A stretch of 64,000 bases of DNA from an uncultured Candidatus Rokubacteria bacterium (GTDB lineage: Bacteria > Methylomirabilota > Methylomirabilia > Rokubacteriales > DASRDR01). The stretch lies in NCBI GenBank assembly GCA_963826115.1, contig CAWGVS010000006.1, positions 416,001 to 480,000 of the forward strand, in the 5' to 3' direction. The notes under the pieces were generated by a model that worked only from the letters and a program-made list of their open reading frames with translations, had not been told where the DNA came from and made no database searches. The first letter of the stretch is position 1. Every line of letters starts with the position of its first letter. The translations under genes and the position numbers were made by a program. Shown piece after piece: positions 28,897 to 37,929 of the stretch.

Positions 28897-29679
28897 ATGA
28901 AGCTCGGCTGCATCTGTGGCTCGTTCAACCGCTCCTTCGCCGCCGGCGCGATGGACCAGCTCCGCTTCGTCGCGCACTGCGGCGACACCCTCGGCGTGGC
29001 CGGGGTCGAGTTCCAGGACGTCCACTTTCCGGAGACGCGGCCCGCCTACCTCGACCGGCTGCGCCGCGCGGCGACGGACCGGGGGCTCGCCATCATCGGG
29101 ATCGGGATCCACAACGATTTCGGCCGCCAGGACGACTTCCTCCGCCAGAGCGAGGTCGTGAAGGTGAAGCAGTGGGTCGAGGTGGCCGAGCGCATCGGCG
29201 CGCCGATGGTCCGCGTCTTCGCCGGCTGGCCGGAGGGCCCGGCCGCCGAGCGCTGGGACGGCATGATCGCGAACCTCAGGGAGGCCGCCGCGTTCGCGCA
29301 GGCCGCCGGCGTGCGCCTCGGGCTCGAGAACGAGGCGGGCTTCACGCCGTCCGTTGCCGAGCACCTCCGGATCCTGGAGGAGGTGGGCTCGCCCGCGCTC
29401 GGTCTCCTCCTCGACACGGGCAACTATCCGGCCGGCTGGCCGTCGGTCGTGACGGCGGCGCCGCGCGCGATCCACGTCCACGCGAAGTTCTGGAAGGTGG
29501 GCCCGGGCGGGGAAGAGCCGTCGATGGACTACCCGGCCCTCCTCGCAGGGCTGCGGCAGAGGGACTACGGCGGGTGGATCACCTTCGAGTACGAGGCGGC
29601 CGAGCCGGAAGCGTCGGGACTTCCGCGCGCCTTCGCCTACCTGCGCGGGCTGATGGCGTCCGAGGGAGCGAAGCGCTAG
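28897..29679 (+). CDS. Sugar phosphate isomerase/epimerase (xylose-isomerase-like TIM barrel)
   Basis: VRVFAG, LGLENE, LDTGNY, HVHAK, YGGWITFEYE. Confidence 0.9.
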   Translation: MKLGCICGSFNRSFAAGAMDQLRFVAHCGDTLGVAGVEFQDVHFPETRPAYLDRLRRAATDRGLAIIGIGIHNDFGRQDDFLRQSEVVKVKQWVEVAERIGAPMVRVFAGWPEGPAAERWDGMIANLREAAAFAQAAGVRLGLENEAGFTPSVAEHLRILEEVGSPALGLLLDTGNYPAGWPSVVTAAPRAIHVHAKFWKVGPGGEEPSMDYPALLAGLRQRDYGGWITFEYEAAEPEASGLPRAFAYLRGLMASEGAKR

Positions 29680-29758
29680 AGGAACGTCGGGTCAGCCCCG
29701 CATGCGCTGGTGTCGAGCCGCGAGGCGCGGCGGCCGGTCCCGGACAGCGTGGAGAGGG

Positions 29759-29950
29759 TTACGCGAACGAGGGCGTGTCCTCGCTGTCGGTGCGGGGGCG
29801 GGGGAGCAAGGAAGGCCCCTGGCGGCGGTCCTCGATCACGTCGACCCAGCCGAACTCCGCGAAGAGCTCGCGGACGGCTTCCAGCAGGCTGTTCTGCCCG
29901 CGTGCCACGACCAGGAGCGCTCGCTCGTCCCGAGGATCGGTGCCCGCCAT
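29759..29950 (-). CDS. Small hypothetical protein (LLVVAR...VIEDRR type)
   Basis: MAGTDPRDERALLVVARGQNSLLEAVRELFAEFGWVDVIEDRRQG; purine-rich SD; TATGAT -10 at 30010-30015. Confidence 0.65.
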   Translation of the reverse strand: MAGTDPRDERALLVVARGQNSLLEAVRELFAEFGWVDVIEDRRQGPSLLPRPRTDSEDTPSFA

Positions 29951-30076
29951 CTGAGCCCCCTTCCGGGTGGATCGATCGGCCACGAATCCACTGCCGCGAC
30001 GCTGCCGGGATCATACCGCAGGGCCGCGCGCAACCGCTAGCGGCGGCCGTCAACCGGCCCGGCGGGCGCCGCGCGA

Positions 30077-30105
30077 TTGACTCTCCCGGAGGGGCCCCAC
30101 AGAAT
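30077..30105 (+). promoter_or_regulatory. Sigma-70 promoter giving a leaderless pfkB-family transcript
   Basis: TTGACT-N17-CAGAAT-N6-GTG(30112). Confidence 0.65.
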
Positions 30106-30111
30106 GACCAC

Positions 30112-30969
30112 GTGGCACCTGGCCGCTCGGGCGAGCCTCTCGACTTCGTGGCGGTGGGCCACCTCACCGTCGACGAGCTGTCTGGCGGGCTGCGCCCGGG
30201 CGGATCGGCGCTCTACGCGGGGCTTTTCGCTCACCAGCAGGGTCTCCGGGTCGGGCTCCTGACGAGCTACGGCCCGGACTTCCCCTTCGAGGTCCTCCCG
30301 CCGGAGATCGAGGTAGTCGGGGTACCGGCCGCGGGGACCACGCGGTTCGCGCTCGACTACCGGCCGGAAGGCCGGCGCCTGACCCTCAAGGAACGCGCCG
30401 CCCGGCTCGAGCCCCAGCACCTGCCGCCCCACTTCGCGGAGGCCGGGCTCGCGTACCTCTGCCCCATCGCGGACGAGGTCGCGCCCGACCTGGTGGACGC
30501 CTTTCCCGAGGCGGCCGTCGGCGTGGGGGCCCAGGGCTGGTGCCGGGTGTGGGACGAGGCGGGCGTCGTGGCGATGCGGCCCTGGCCCGATCCCCGGCCG
30601 ATCCTGGCGCGCGCCCAGGCGCTGTTCCTGTCGAGCGATGACGTGGCGGGCTGGGAGGAGCGCGCGATCGAGCTCTACCAGGAGGTGCCCCTCGGGGCCC
30701 TCACCTTCGCCGACAAGGGCGCCGTCCTCTTCGTGAACGGCGAGCGGCACGCGGTGGCCGCCGCGCGGGCACGAGAGGTCGAGCCGACCGGGGCGGGGGA
30801 CGTCTTCGCCGCCGCTTTCCTCCTTCGCTACAACCTCACCGGCGATCCGTTCGAGGCCGCGTCGTACGCGGCGGTGGCGGGGGCGCTCACGGTGGAGGCT
30901 CCGGGCATCGCCGGCGTGCCGACGGCCGAGCAGCTGGCCGGCCGGTGGCGGGCCTCGCAGCCGCGCTGA
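30112..30969 (+). CDS. PfkB family carbohydrate kinase
   Basis: VGHLTVD, PGGSALY, EPTGAGDVFAAAF. Confidence 0.88.
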   Translation: MAPGRSGEPLDFVAVGHLTVDELSGGLRPGGSALYAGLFAHQQGLRVGLLTSYGPDFPFEVLPPEIEVVGVPAAGTTRFALDYRPEGRRLTLKERAARLEPQHLPPHFAEAGLAYLCPIADEVAPDLVDAFPEAAVGVGAQGWCRVWDEAGVVAMRPWPDPRPILARAQALFLSSDDVAGWEERAIELYQEVPLGALTFADKGAVLFVNGERHAVAAARAREVEPTGAGDVFAAAFLLRYNLTGDPFEAASYAAVAGALTVEAPGIAGVPTAEQLAGRWRASQPR

Positions 30970-31014
30970 GCCGGCTGCCGCGCCCCGGCGCGCCGGCGGC
31001 CGCGGAGGGACCTC

Positions 31015-31839
31015 ATGGCGCTGAGTGATCTCTGGTGGGTCGCCTTCCTCTTCATCGGCCTCCAGCCGGTCATCAGGCAGAAGGTGCTGGAGGCGAGCCG
31101 GCTCCGCGTCCTCAAGCGGCTCGAGCAGAACCGGCGGAGCCGCGTGATCGCGCTCGTGCACCGCCAGGAGACGATGAGCCTCCTCGGCTTCCCGATCATG
31201 CGCTACATCGACGTCCACGACTCCGAGGAGGTGCTCCGCGCGATCGAGCTGACGGACCCCGACGTGCCGATCGACCTCGTCGTGCACACGCCGGGCGGCC
31301 TCGTGCTGGCCGCGGGCCAGATCGCCCACGCGCTGAAGCGCCACCGTGGCAAGGTCACCGTGTTCGTGCCGCACTACGCGATGTCGGGCGGCACGCTCCT
31401 CGCCCTCGCCGCCGACGAGATCGCGATGGCGGCCAACGCCGTCCTGGGACCGGTGGACCCTCAGCTCGGCCAGTCGCCCGCGGCGTCGATCCTCTCGGTG
31501 CTCGAGCGCAAGGAGATGAAGGACATCGACGACCAGACGCTGATCCTCGCGGACGTGGCGCGGAAGGCGGTCGTGCAGGTGCAGATCATGGTTCGCGACC
31601 TCCTGATGGAGCACATGCCCGAGGAGAAGGCGACGGACCTCGCCGTGAAGCTCGCGACCGGCACCTGGACCCACGACTACGCGATCACCGTCGAGGAAGC
31701 GCAGGCGCTCGGGCTCCCGGTGACGACGGAGATGCCGGCCGAGGTCTACGAGCTGATGCGGCTGTTCCCGCAGCCCACGCGCACGCGGCCGTCGGTGGAG
31801 TACGTGCCGATTCCGTACCGGCAGCCCAAGGAGCCCTGA
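31015..31839 (+). CDS. SDH-family Clp-fold serine protease
   Basis: HRQETMSLLGFP, HTPGGLVLAA, PHYAMSGGTL, LGPVDPQL, WTHDY. Confidence 0.92.
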   Translation: MALSDLWWVAFLFIGLQPVIRQKVLEASRLRVLKRLEQNRRSRVIALVHRQETMSLLGFPIMRYIDVHDSEEVLRAIELTDPDVPIDLVVHTPGGLVLAAGQIAHALKRHRGKVTVFVPHYAMSGGTLLALAADEIAMAANAVLGPVDPQLGQSPAASILSVLERKEMKDIDDQTLILADVARKAVVQVQIMVRDLLMEHMPEEKATDLAVKLATGTWTHDYAITVEEAQALGLPVTTEMPAEVYELMRLFPQPTRTRPSVEYVPIPYRQPKEP

Positions 31840-31874
31840 GGCCTCGGGCTGCCCGGCCGGTGGGCCGGCGGCCC

Positions 31875-32651
31875 TCAGTGGTTCTTGCGGATGCTGCCGA
31901 CGAGCGACGCGTAGCCCGCGCGGAGCACCGCGGCGTCCGACGAGTAGTTGATCAGGGTCACCCCGAGGGCGATCATCTCGCGCACGCCCTCCAGACTGTC
32001 GGTCAGCATCGCGACGCCCTTCCCGTGGCGCCGCGCCGCCTCCACCAGCCGGCGGCGGTGCTCGTCGATGACCCCGCGCTGGGCGGACGTGCCGAGGACG
32101 CCGAGGTCCTGGGCGAGGTCCGACGGCCCGAGCGTGAGCGCGTCGATGCCGGGGACCGCCGCGATCTCGTCGAGGCGGTCGAACGCCCGCTTGGTCTCCA
32201 GCATGACGGTCACGTGGACGCGCGCGTTGGCCGCGGCCATGTGCTCGGCGACCGGCGGCGACTGGTAGCCCGTGTGCGGGCCGAACCCGTACATCCCGCG
32301 CTCGCCGAGCGGCGCGTAGCGGGCGGCGCGCGCCACCCGGACCGCCTGCTCCGGCGTGTCCACCTGCGGCACGTGGAGGTTCGGCACGCCGGCGTCGAGG
32401 AGGCGCGTGATCCACTCGCGGCTGCCCTCGGGCGGGCGGACGACCAGCGGGAAGTCGAGGGCGCGGGCGAGGGCGGCCATGTCCGCGACCGTCTCCATCG
32501 AGAAGGCGCCGTGCTCCATGTCGATCCGGGCGAAGTCGAGCCCGGCGGCCTGGAGCAGCGTCAGGACGCCCGGCGTCCGGATCATCGTGATCCACGTGCC
32601 GATCTGGACCTCGCCCCGCTCCGCGCGGGCCCGCATGCGGTTCTCGCTCAT
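31875..32651 (-). CDS. HpcH/HpaI aldolase family protein
   Basis: IDMEHG, RYAPLGERG, VMLET, GPSDL. SD GGAGA before ATG 32651. Confidence 0.9.
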   Translation of the reverse strand: MSENRMRARAERGEVQIGTWITMIRTPGVLTLLQAAGLDFARIDMEHGAFSMETVADMAALARALDFPLVVRPPEGSREWITRLLDAGVPNLHVPQVDTPEQAVRVARAARYAPLGERGMYGFGPHTGYQSPPVAEHMAAANARVHVTVMLETKRAFDRLDEIAAVPGIDALTLGPSDLAQDLGVLGTSAQRGVIDEHRRRLVEAARRHGKGVAMLTDSLEGVREMIALGVTLINYSSDAAVLRAGYASLVGSIRKNH

Positions 32652-32930
32652 GCCGTCTCCTGGGGTGTGCCCGCCGGGATCGCCGAGCGCCCGGCGGGCC
32701 TCGGCGATCTCGTGCTCGACGGCCTCGGGGCCCGGGAACGCGCGCTTGGCGCGCCGGTACCAGTAGCGGGCGTTGTCGAGGTCGCCCTCGAGCGTGTGGA
32801 CGATGCCGTGGAGCCACGCGGCCAGCGTGGACTCGTCGTGCTGGACGATCTCGTGCGCGGCCCGCCACTCCCGCGCCGCGAGGTGGGTCACCGCGCGCCC
32901 GAGGTCGGCGGACGGTCGAGCCCGGGCCAT
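32652..32930 (-). CDS. Small conserved helical hypothetical domain reading in frame into the aldolase (no stop)
   Basis: WRAAHEIVQ...AWLHGIVHTLEGDLDNARYWYRRA motif, which I recall as a usually stand-alone small protein. Confidence 0.7.
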
Positions 32931-32946
32931 CGTGGAGGCGCTCCGC

Positions 32947-33735
32947 TCAGGCGCGGGCGCGCAGGTCCTGGAGCATCCGGATCAGGACGCGCCGGGCGTC
33001 GTCGGCGCTCGTGACCTCCTCCGGGAAGGGGATCCGCTCGGCGTGGAGCCGGCCGCCCGTCCGGATGCGGAGGCGGAAGCCGAGCCGATCCACCGCGACC
33101 ATCGTGGCGGCCTCCGCGTCGGGCGCCCCGCCGAGCCCGCGCGCGTAGGTCACCAGCGCGTCGGCGTGGTCGCGGTTCATGTGCTCGAGGATGCCCGCCG
33201 CCACGTCGGCCAGCGGGTCGACGCGGGCCGTGCGGTACGCGGCGGCGTCGATCCAGTCCATGGCCGCGAAGCCGCCGACGAAGTAGAGGTCCGCGACCTC
33301 GAGGCGGTGGAAGGCGAAGTCCTCGAAGTCGACCCAGTACGCGGCGTTCGCGTGGCGCGCGAGGTACGCGGCGCGCGCGGCGGCGCGGGCGTCCGCCGGG
33401 ACGGGCCGGACCGCGCCCATGAGCGTGAGGCGGCCGGCGGCGAGCGGATCCCCCGCCCAGTCGGGCTCGGCGACGAACAGGCTTGCCCGCGCGTCCCCGG
33501 CGAGGTTCTGCGTGTGCACCGCCATGGAGCTGATCAGGAAGATCGGTTGGCCCGCGTCGTCGAGCGCATAGGGCATGAGCGACGCGAACGGGTACCCGGC
33601 ATGACGCCGCGAGAGCGTCGCGAGGGTGCCCGCCCGCGCGCGGTGCACGAGCGTGCGCGCGCGCTCGGCATAGGTCGGCTCCGGTGGTGGCGGCGGCGCG
33701 TTCGGGTCGGGCGGGGGACCGGCGTGACGATTCAT
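32947..33735 (-). CDS. HugZ-like pyridoxamine 5'-phosphate oxidase family protein with DUF2470-like C-terminus
   Basis: GYPFASLMPY, MAVHTQNL, YFVGGFAAM, ILEHMNRDHAD. Confidence 0.9.
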   Translation of the reverse strand: MNRHAGPPPDPNAPPPPPEPTYAERARTLVHRARAGTLATLSRRHAGYPFASLMPYALDDAGQPIFLISSMAVHTQNLAGDARASLFVAEPDWAGDPLAAGRLTLMGAVRPVPADARAAARAAYLARHANAAYWVDFEDFAFHRLEVADLYFVGGFAAMDWIDAAAYRTARVDPLADVAAGILEHMNRDHADALVTYARGLGGAPDAEAATMVAVDRLGFRLRIRTGGRLHAERIPFPEEVTSADDARRVLIRMLQDLRARA

Positions 33736-33760
33736 GCGTGCAGTCCGGGCGCGCGGTTGC

Positions 33761-34903
33761 TCACCGGTCTCGGAACGCTGGCATCACGTCCCGCGCGAAC
33801 CAGCGGAGCTGCTCCATGAAGGCCGCCGCGGGGATGCCCTCCGGCCAGTGGAGCATGATCTGGTCGAGCCCCGGGTACTTCGCCTCGTACTCCCGGATCA
33901 CCGCGATGCAGTCCGCGGGGGAGCCGACCATCCACGCCTTCTGGGCGACGCCCTCGCGGATCGTCGGCGCGCGCGCGGGGGCGCCGGGCGTCCCCCACGG
34001 CCGGCCCTGGTCGTCCGCGTAGCGCACGAAGCCGAAGGGCGCGAACCACTTGTAGCGCTCGTCGTGGGCGGGCTCGACGCGCCGGATGGCCTCTTCCTTC
34101 GTGTCCGCCATGTGGAACCCGAGGCCGAGACAGAGGTCCTCGCCGAGCCGCTTCTGTCGGCCGTGACGCGCGCACGCGTCCTGATACGCGTGGAAGGTCT
34201 GATCCGTGATGCGCTCGCCGTTCAGCGTGACCATGCCCTTGAGATTGTGCTTGGCCAGGAAGTCGATCGTCTTGCCGCTCGCGATCGGCTGCCAGATCTC
34301 CACCGGCCGGTGGATCGGGCGGGGGATCATGGTCACCTCGGTGAGGTCGTAGCCCCGGTACTTCACGGCGGGCGGCACCGTGTAGTACTTGCCGCGGTGC
34401 GAGAACTGCTCGTCGTGGAGCGCCTTCCACATGAGCTCGAACTGCTCCTCGAAGAGCTCGAGGTTCGCCGCGGCATCGAGGAGGGGCGCCCCGAACGATT
34501 CGACCTCGCGCGTGTGGTAGCCGCGACCGATCCCCATGATGACGCGCCCACCGGTGAGGATGTCGGCGACCGCGTAGTCCTCGGCCAGGCGGAGCGGGTG
34601 CCACATCGGGAGGATGTTGAACGCGCAGCCGAGCTTGAGCTGGCGCGTGACCGCCGCCAGGTAGGTGCCGACCAGGATCAGGTTGGGGAGAACCTCGTAG
34701 CCCTCCCGCTGGAAGTGGTGCTCGGCCGTCCAGAGGCAGTAGTACCCCTCGTCGTCCATCACCCGCGCGACGTCGACCATCGACCGGTACGCCTCGACGA
34801 TCCGCTCGTTCGGGTAGCGCCGCTGGTCGGCGGGCGTGCCGTGAAGCCCGACGTGGTCGAGGTCGATCTGGCCGACGTAGAGCACGGAGAACTTGCGGAT
34901 CAT
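33761..34903 (-). CDS. LLM-class flavin-dependent oxidoreductase
   Basis: WTAEHHFQREGYE, WHPLRLAED, GIGRGYH. SD GGAGG. Confidence 0.92.
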   Translation of the reverse strand: MIRKFSVLYVGQIDLDHVGLHGTPADQRRYPNERIVEAYRSMVDVARVMDDEGYYCLWTAEHHFQREGYEVLPNLILVGTYLAAVTRQLKLGCAFNILPMWHPLRLAEDYAVADILTGGRVIMGIGRGYHTREVESFGAPLLDAAANLELFEEQFELMWKALHDEQFSHRGKYYTVPPAVKYRGYDLTEVTMIPRPIHRPVEIWQPIASGKTIDFLAKHNLKGMVTLNGERITDQTFHAYQDACARHGRQKRLGEDLCLGLGFHMADTKEEAIRRVEPAHDERYKWFAPFGFVRYADDQGRPWGTPGAPARAPTIREGVAQKAWMVGSPADCIAVIREYEAKYPGLDQIMLHWPEGIPAAAFMEQLRWFARDVMPAFRDR

Positions 34904-35135
34904 GCGACCTCCCGGGGATGCTGCGTGATCGGGGCCGACGCCGATACCGCGATTCTAGCAGAGCCGGCGGAGGGCGTCAGGCGGGGGGCTTGGCCGGCGG
35001 GTGGCCCACCGCAAGCTCGCACATCCCGCCGCGCTGGGTCACGTCAAGGACGCGGGCCTGACGGGCACGCCCGAGCGTCGCGAGCCCAACCGGCTGAGAG
35101 CCGATCCTATCAGGACGGTTGTGCCCACCGGCTCG

Positions 35136-36716
35136 TCAGTCGGGCGCGCCGTACATCGCCCCTTCCCACGAGGTCGCGACCGTGACGAGTCCGAGCCGCT
35201 GGGCCAGCTCGCGCTCCGAGGGGAGGTACCAGCGCCAGCGGAGCCACCGGAAGTAGACGACGACGCCCGACCGGCCGCGGAGATCCTGCTCCAGCCGGCC
35301 GAAGTCCTCCGCGTAGCGCGCGTTCGCCTGGCGGGTGAAGGGGTCGGCCGTGAGCGGGACCAGGCGCGCCGGGCGGCCGGTGAGGACGTAGAGCGCGTCC
35401 GGGGCGTTCGAGAACACCCGGACGTCGTCGCGCAGGGCCTTCACCTCCGCCACGAGCGCCGACTCGCGCCAGAGGCGGCTCGCGTAGCCCATCTCGTCGA
35501 GCTGGCTCCCGACGGCCCACAGTCCCGTGCGCGTGAGCGAGACGCCGGCGAGGAGCACCATCGCCCCCAGCGCGAGCGAGCGGACCCCGGGGGCGCGGAC
35601 GGAGAGGCGCGCCACTCCCGCCAGCGCGAGTACGACCGCCGTCGCGTAGAGCGGGGCCAGGAGCCGTCCGTCCAGCGGCACGTTGGCGTCGAAGAAGGAG
35701 ATCGTCGCGTAGACGAGGGAGCCGTACAGGAGGGCGAAGAGACCGAGCAGCCGCGCGCCGACGCGCATCCCGTGCGGCGCGGGGTCGGTATCGGCCCGGC
35801 CGCGGGCGTGCCGGTAGGCCGCCAGGACGAGGAGCGCTACCAGGACCAGCCCGGAGTACCGCACGGCCCGCGGCGCGATGTCCGGGAGCACCCACGCGGA
35901 GATGGTGTCGAGACCCTGGCGCGCCCGGTCCCCCGCCAACACGTGGAAGACCAGTTGCTTCCCGGTGAGGGCCCCCTCCGTCGCCCGGTTCCGGGCCAGC
36001 CAGGCGGCAAGCGGCGCGCCGGCGGCCGCGGCGAAGAGCGTGGCGCGCGTCCACCGCTGCGCCGGCCTGAGGGGGCTCCAGAGCCCGATCGCGATCGCCC
36101 CCGTCCCGACGAGGGCGAGTCCCGCGTAGCGCGCCAGCGTCGCGAGGGCAATCGCGACGACGGCGCCCGCCATCGCGAGATGGCGCGGCCGTTCGAGGTC
36201 GAGCGCGAGCGCCCAGAGCCCGGCGAGCACGCCCGTGAGAAAGATCGGCTCCGTCAGCACCCACGCGTGCGTCTTGAACACGTCGACGGAGCCCATCACG
36301 AGGAGCGTGCCCAGAATCGCGAGCCGTCCCGACCCGGTCCACTTGAGCACCATCAGGCCGACGAGGATCCCGTTCACGCCCAGGAGCAGCGCGTTCAGCC
36401 ATCGCGCTCCCGCGAGGGCGTCGACGCCCGCCCGCTCGAATACCGCGAGAATCGCCGGGAAGAGCGGTGGGTGGTGCGTGAAGGGAGTCGGCGCGAGCGG
36501 GTTCGACTCGACGCTCAGGCCGGGCGTGAGCGTGAGCCCGTGGCCTCGCGCCAGGTTCTGCGCCGCATCCAGATAGGTGACCGAGTCGGCGTCGAGGCCC
36601 GCGCCGGCCCGGGTCACGATGGCCGCGCCCAGGACGCCCGCGAGCCCGAGGAGGCCCAGGGCCACGACGACGCCCGCCCGCGGGCCGGCGGAGGTCCCGG
36701 TCGACGCGGATGTCAT
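35136..36716 (-). CDS. GT-C/ArnT-like membrane glycosyltransferase-type protein
   Basis: DADSVTYLDAAQNL, HHPPLFP, LTEPIF, LARYAG; multiple TM helices. Confidence 0.78.
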   Translation of the reverse strand: MTSASTGTSAGPRAGVVVALGLLGLAGVLGAAIVTRAGAGLDADSVTYLDAAQNLARGHGLTLTPGLSVESNPLAPTPFTHHPPLFPAILAVFERAGVDALAGARWLNALLLGVNGILVGLMVLKWTGSGRLAILGTLLVMGSVDVFKTHAWVLTEPIFLTGVLAGLWALALDLERPRHLAMAGAVVAIALATLARYAGLALVGTGAIAIGLWSPLRPAQRWTRATLFAAAAGAPLAAWLARNRATEGALTGKQLVFHVLAGDRARQGLDTISAWVLPDIAPRAVRYSGLVLVALLVLAAYRHARGRADTDPAPHGMRVGARLLGLFALLYGSLVYATISFFDANVPLDGRLLAPLYATAVVLALAGVARLSVRAPGVRSLALGAMVLLAGVSLTRTGLWAVGSQLDEMGYASRLWRESALVAEVKALRDDVRVFSNAPDALYVLTGRPARLVPLTADPFTRQANARYAEDFGRLEQDLRGRSGVVVYFRWLRWRWYLPSERELAQRLGLVTVATSWEGAMYGAPD

Positions 36717-36736
36717 CGCCGGGGAGGCCCACTCAT
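36713..36736 (-). other. Candidate leaderless micro-uORF MSGPPRR* overlapping the GT-C start
   Basis: TATTCT(36748-36743)-N6-ATG(36736); its TGA overlaps ATG 36716 (ATGA). Confidence 0.45.
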
Positions 36737-36796
36737 GCGGCGAGAATAGCCCACAGTCCCACCGATCTTGCGCAGTCCTCGGCGCCGATCACGAAG

Positions 36797-37474
36797 TCAT
36801 GTGGCGCTTCGGGCCGGCCGAGTGACGACTAGGACGCGACGCCGGGGCAAGGCGGTGCTGGCAACGTGTCCGTGTCGATGGGCTGATCCGTGATCCGGGA
36901 CCCGCCACGGCCCGTGGGCGGCGCAGGGCCAGAGCGAGATGGGCGCGAAGGCGAGGCCGGGGAATGGTGGGAGCGACACAGGCCTCCGTACCGGAGGCCC
37001 GCGCGAGGAGCGCTGTAGCGGCCCTCGGCGAGGCCGTAGCGCCTCGACCATGCCCGCCACGGGATCGACGATCCAGTAGTAGGGGATCCCGTGATCCGCG
37101 TAGAGCTGACGCTTCCGGCTCCGGTCGATCGTCGTCGTCGACGGCGAGAGGATCTCGATCACGAGCGTCGGTGGCCCCTCGATGCCGCGGTCGCTCACGA
37201 GGTGTGCGCGGGTCGGCTCGAGGTACACCAGATCCGGCTGCACGACCGTCGTGTCGGCAAGGATGACGTCGATCGGCGCGTAGAGCACCTCCCCGAGCCG
37301 GCGGCTGGTGACGTATGCCTTGAGGATCGAGTTGAGGGCGCTGCTGACCCGCTGATGACGCGTGCCCGGCGCCGGGGTCACCGACAGTTCCCCGTCGTGC
37401 AGCTCGTACCGCCGCCCGTCGGCCGGCAGCGCCTCATAGTCACGGTACGTGAGAACCGCACGCTCGCCGTTCAC
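36797..37474 (-). CDS. Uma2 family (PD-(D/E)xK) endonuclease with indel-scrambled C-terminus
   Basis: LTYRDYEALPADGRRYELHDGEL, VVQPDL, IEILSPST, YWIVDP. Leaderless TACAAT-N6-GTG. Confidence 0.88.
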   Translation of the reverse strand: MNGERAVLTYRDYEALPADGRRYELHDGELSVTPAPGTRHQRVSSALNSILKAYVTSRRLGEVLYAPIDVILADTTVVQPDLVYLEPTRAHLVSDRGIEGPPTLVIEILSPSTTTIDRSRKRQLYADHGIPYYWIVDPVAGMVEALRPRRGPLQRSSRGPPVRRPVSLPPFPGLAFAPISLWPCAAHGPWRVPDHGSAHRHGHVASTALPRRRVLVVTRPARSAT

Positions 37475-37506
37475 GCCCCGATTGTAGGAGCCGCTCGGGC
37501 GAGCGG

Positions 37507-37869
37507 TCAACGCGAGCGGCGGGCCGCCGGGGCCCGCCTCGGCCGCCCACGGACACCGAGTGCCTGCCGGTGCGCGAAGAGGTGCTCTCGCGCCCGGGCC
37601 GCGTCCGCCGGGTCCTCCCAGCGCACCTGACCGAGGCGGGCGAGCGCGCTCCGGAGGTGCGGAACGTCGACCTGCCCATCGGCGTCGTGGTGCGGCAGGT
37701 GGCGCGACTTCGTGCCGTCCGGCCGGACGTGGACGACCGCGAAGGCCTCGTCGGGGAGCGCGTCGATGTCGGCGCGCTTCCAGGGCTCCGCGGACACCTC
37801 GGTCGTGGCCCAGAGGGTCCGCACGATCACGGTCACGAGCCAGGCGCTCATCCATCGGCGCGATCCCAT
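37507..37869 (-). CDS. Small putatively secreted protein with a DUF6582-like motif
   Basis: Signal-like N-terminus ending VSA-EP; IDALPDEAFAVV...RHLPHHDADGQVDVPHLRSALARLGQV. SD GGAGGT. Confidence 0.75.
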   Translation of the reverse strand: MGSRRWMSAWLVTVIVRTLWATTEVSAEPWKRADIDALPDEAFAVVHVRPDGTKSRHLPHHDADGQVDVPHLRSALARLGQVRWEDPADAARAREHLFAHRQALGVRGRPRRAPAARRSR

Positions 37870-37913
37870 CGTCGCCACCTCCGATCGACGCTGCTGCGGC
37901 TGATCGCGGGTGG

Positions 37914-37929
37914 AGCAAGGACGACGCCA
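37914..37929 (-). promoter_or_regulatory. Sigma-54 promoter candidate
   Basis: TGGCGTCGTCCTTGCT (GG-N10-GC), 45 nt upstream of ATG 37869. Confidence 0.55.

Noticed and set aside
30112-30969. PfkB kinase as iolC
   Set aside because: It lacks IolC-type N-terminal motifs and has its own promoter, separate from the iol genes.
31015-37869. Prophage or defence island (Clp-fold protease, Uma2, DUF6582-like)
   Set aside because: No integrase, terminase, capsid or partner defence genes; these genes are scattered among metabolic genes.
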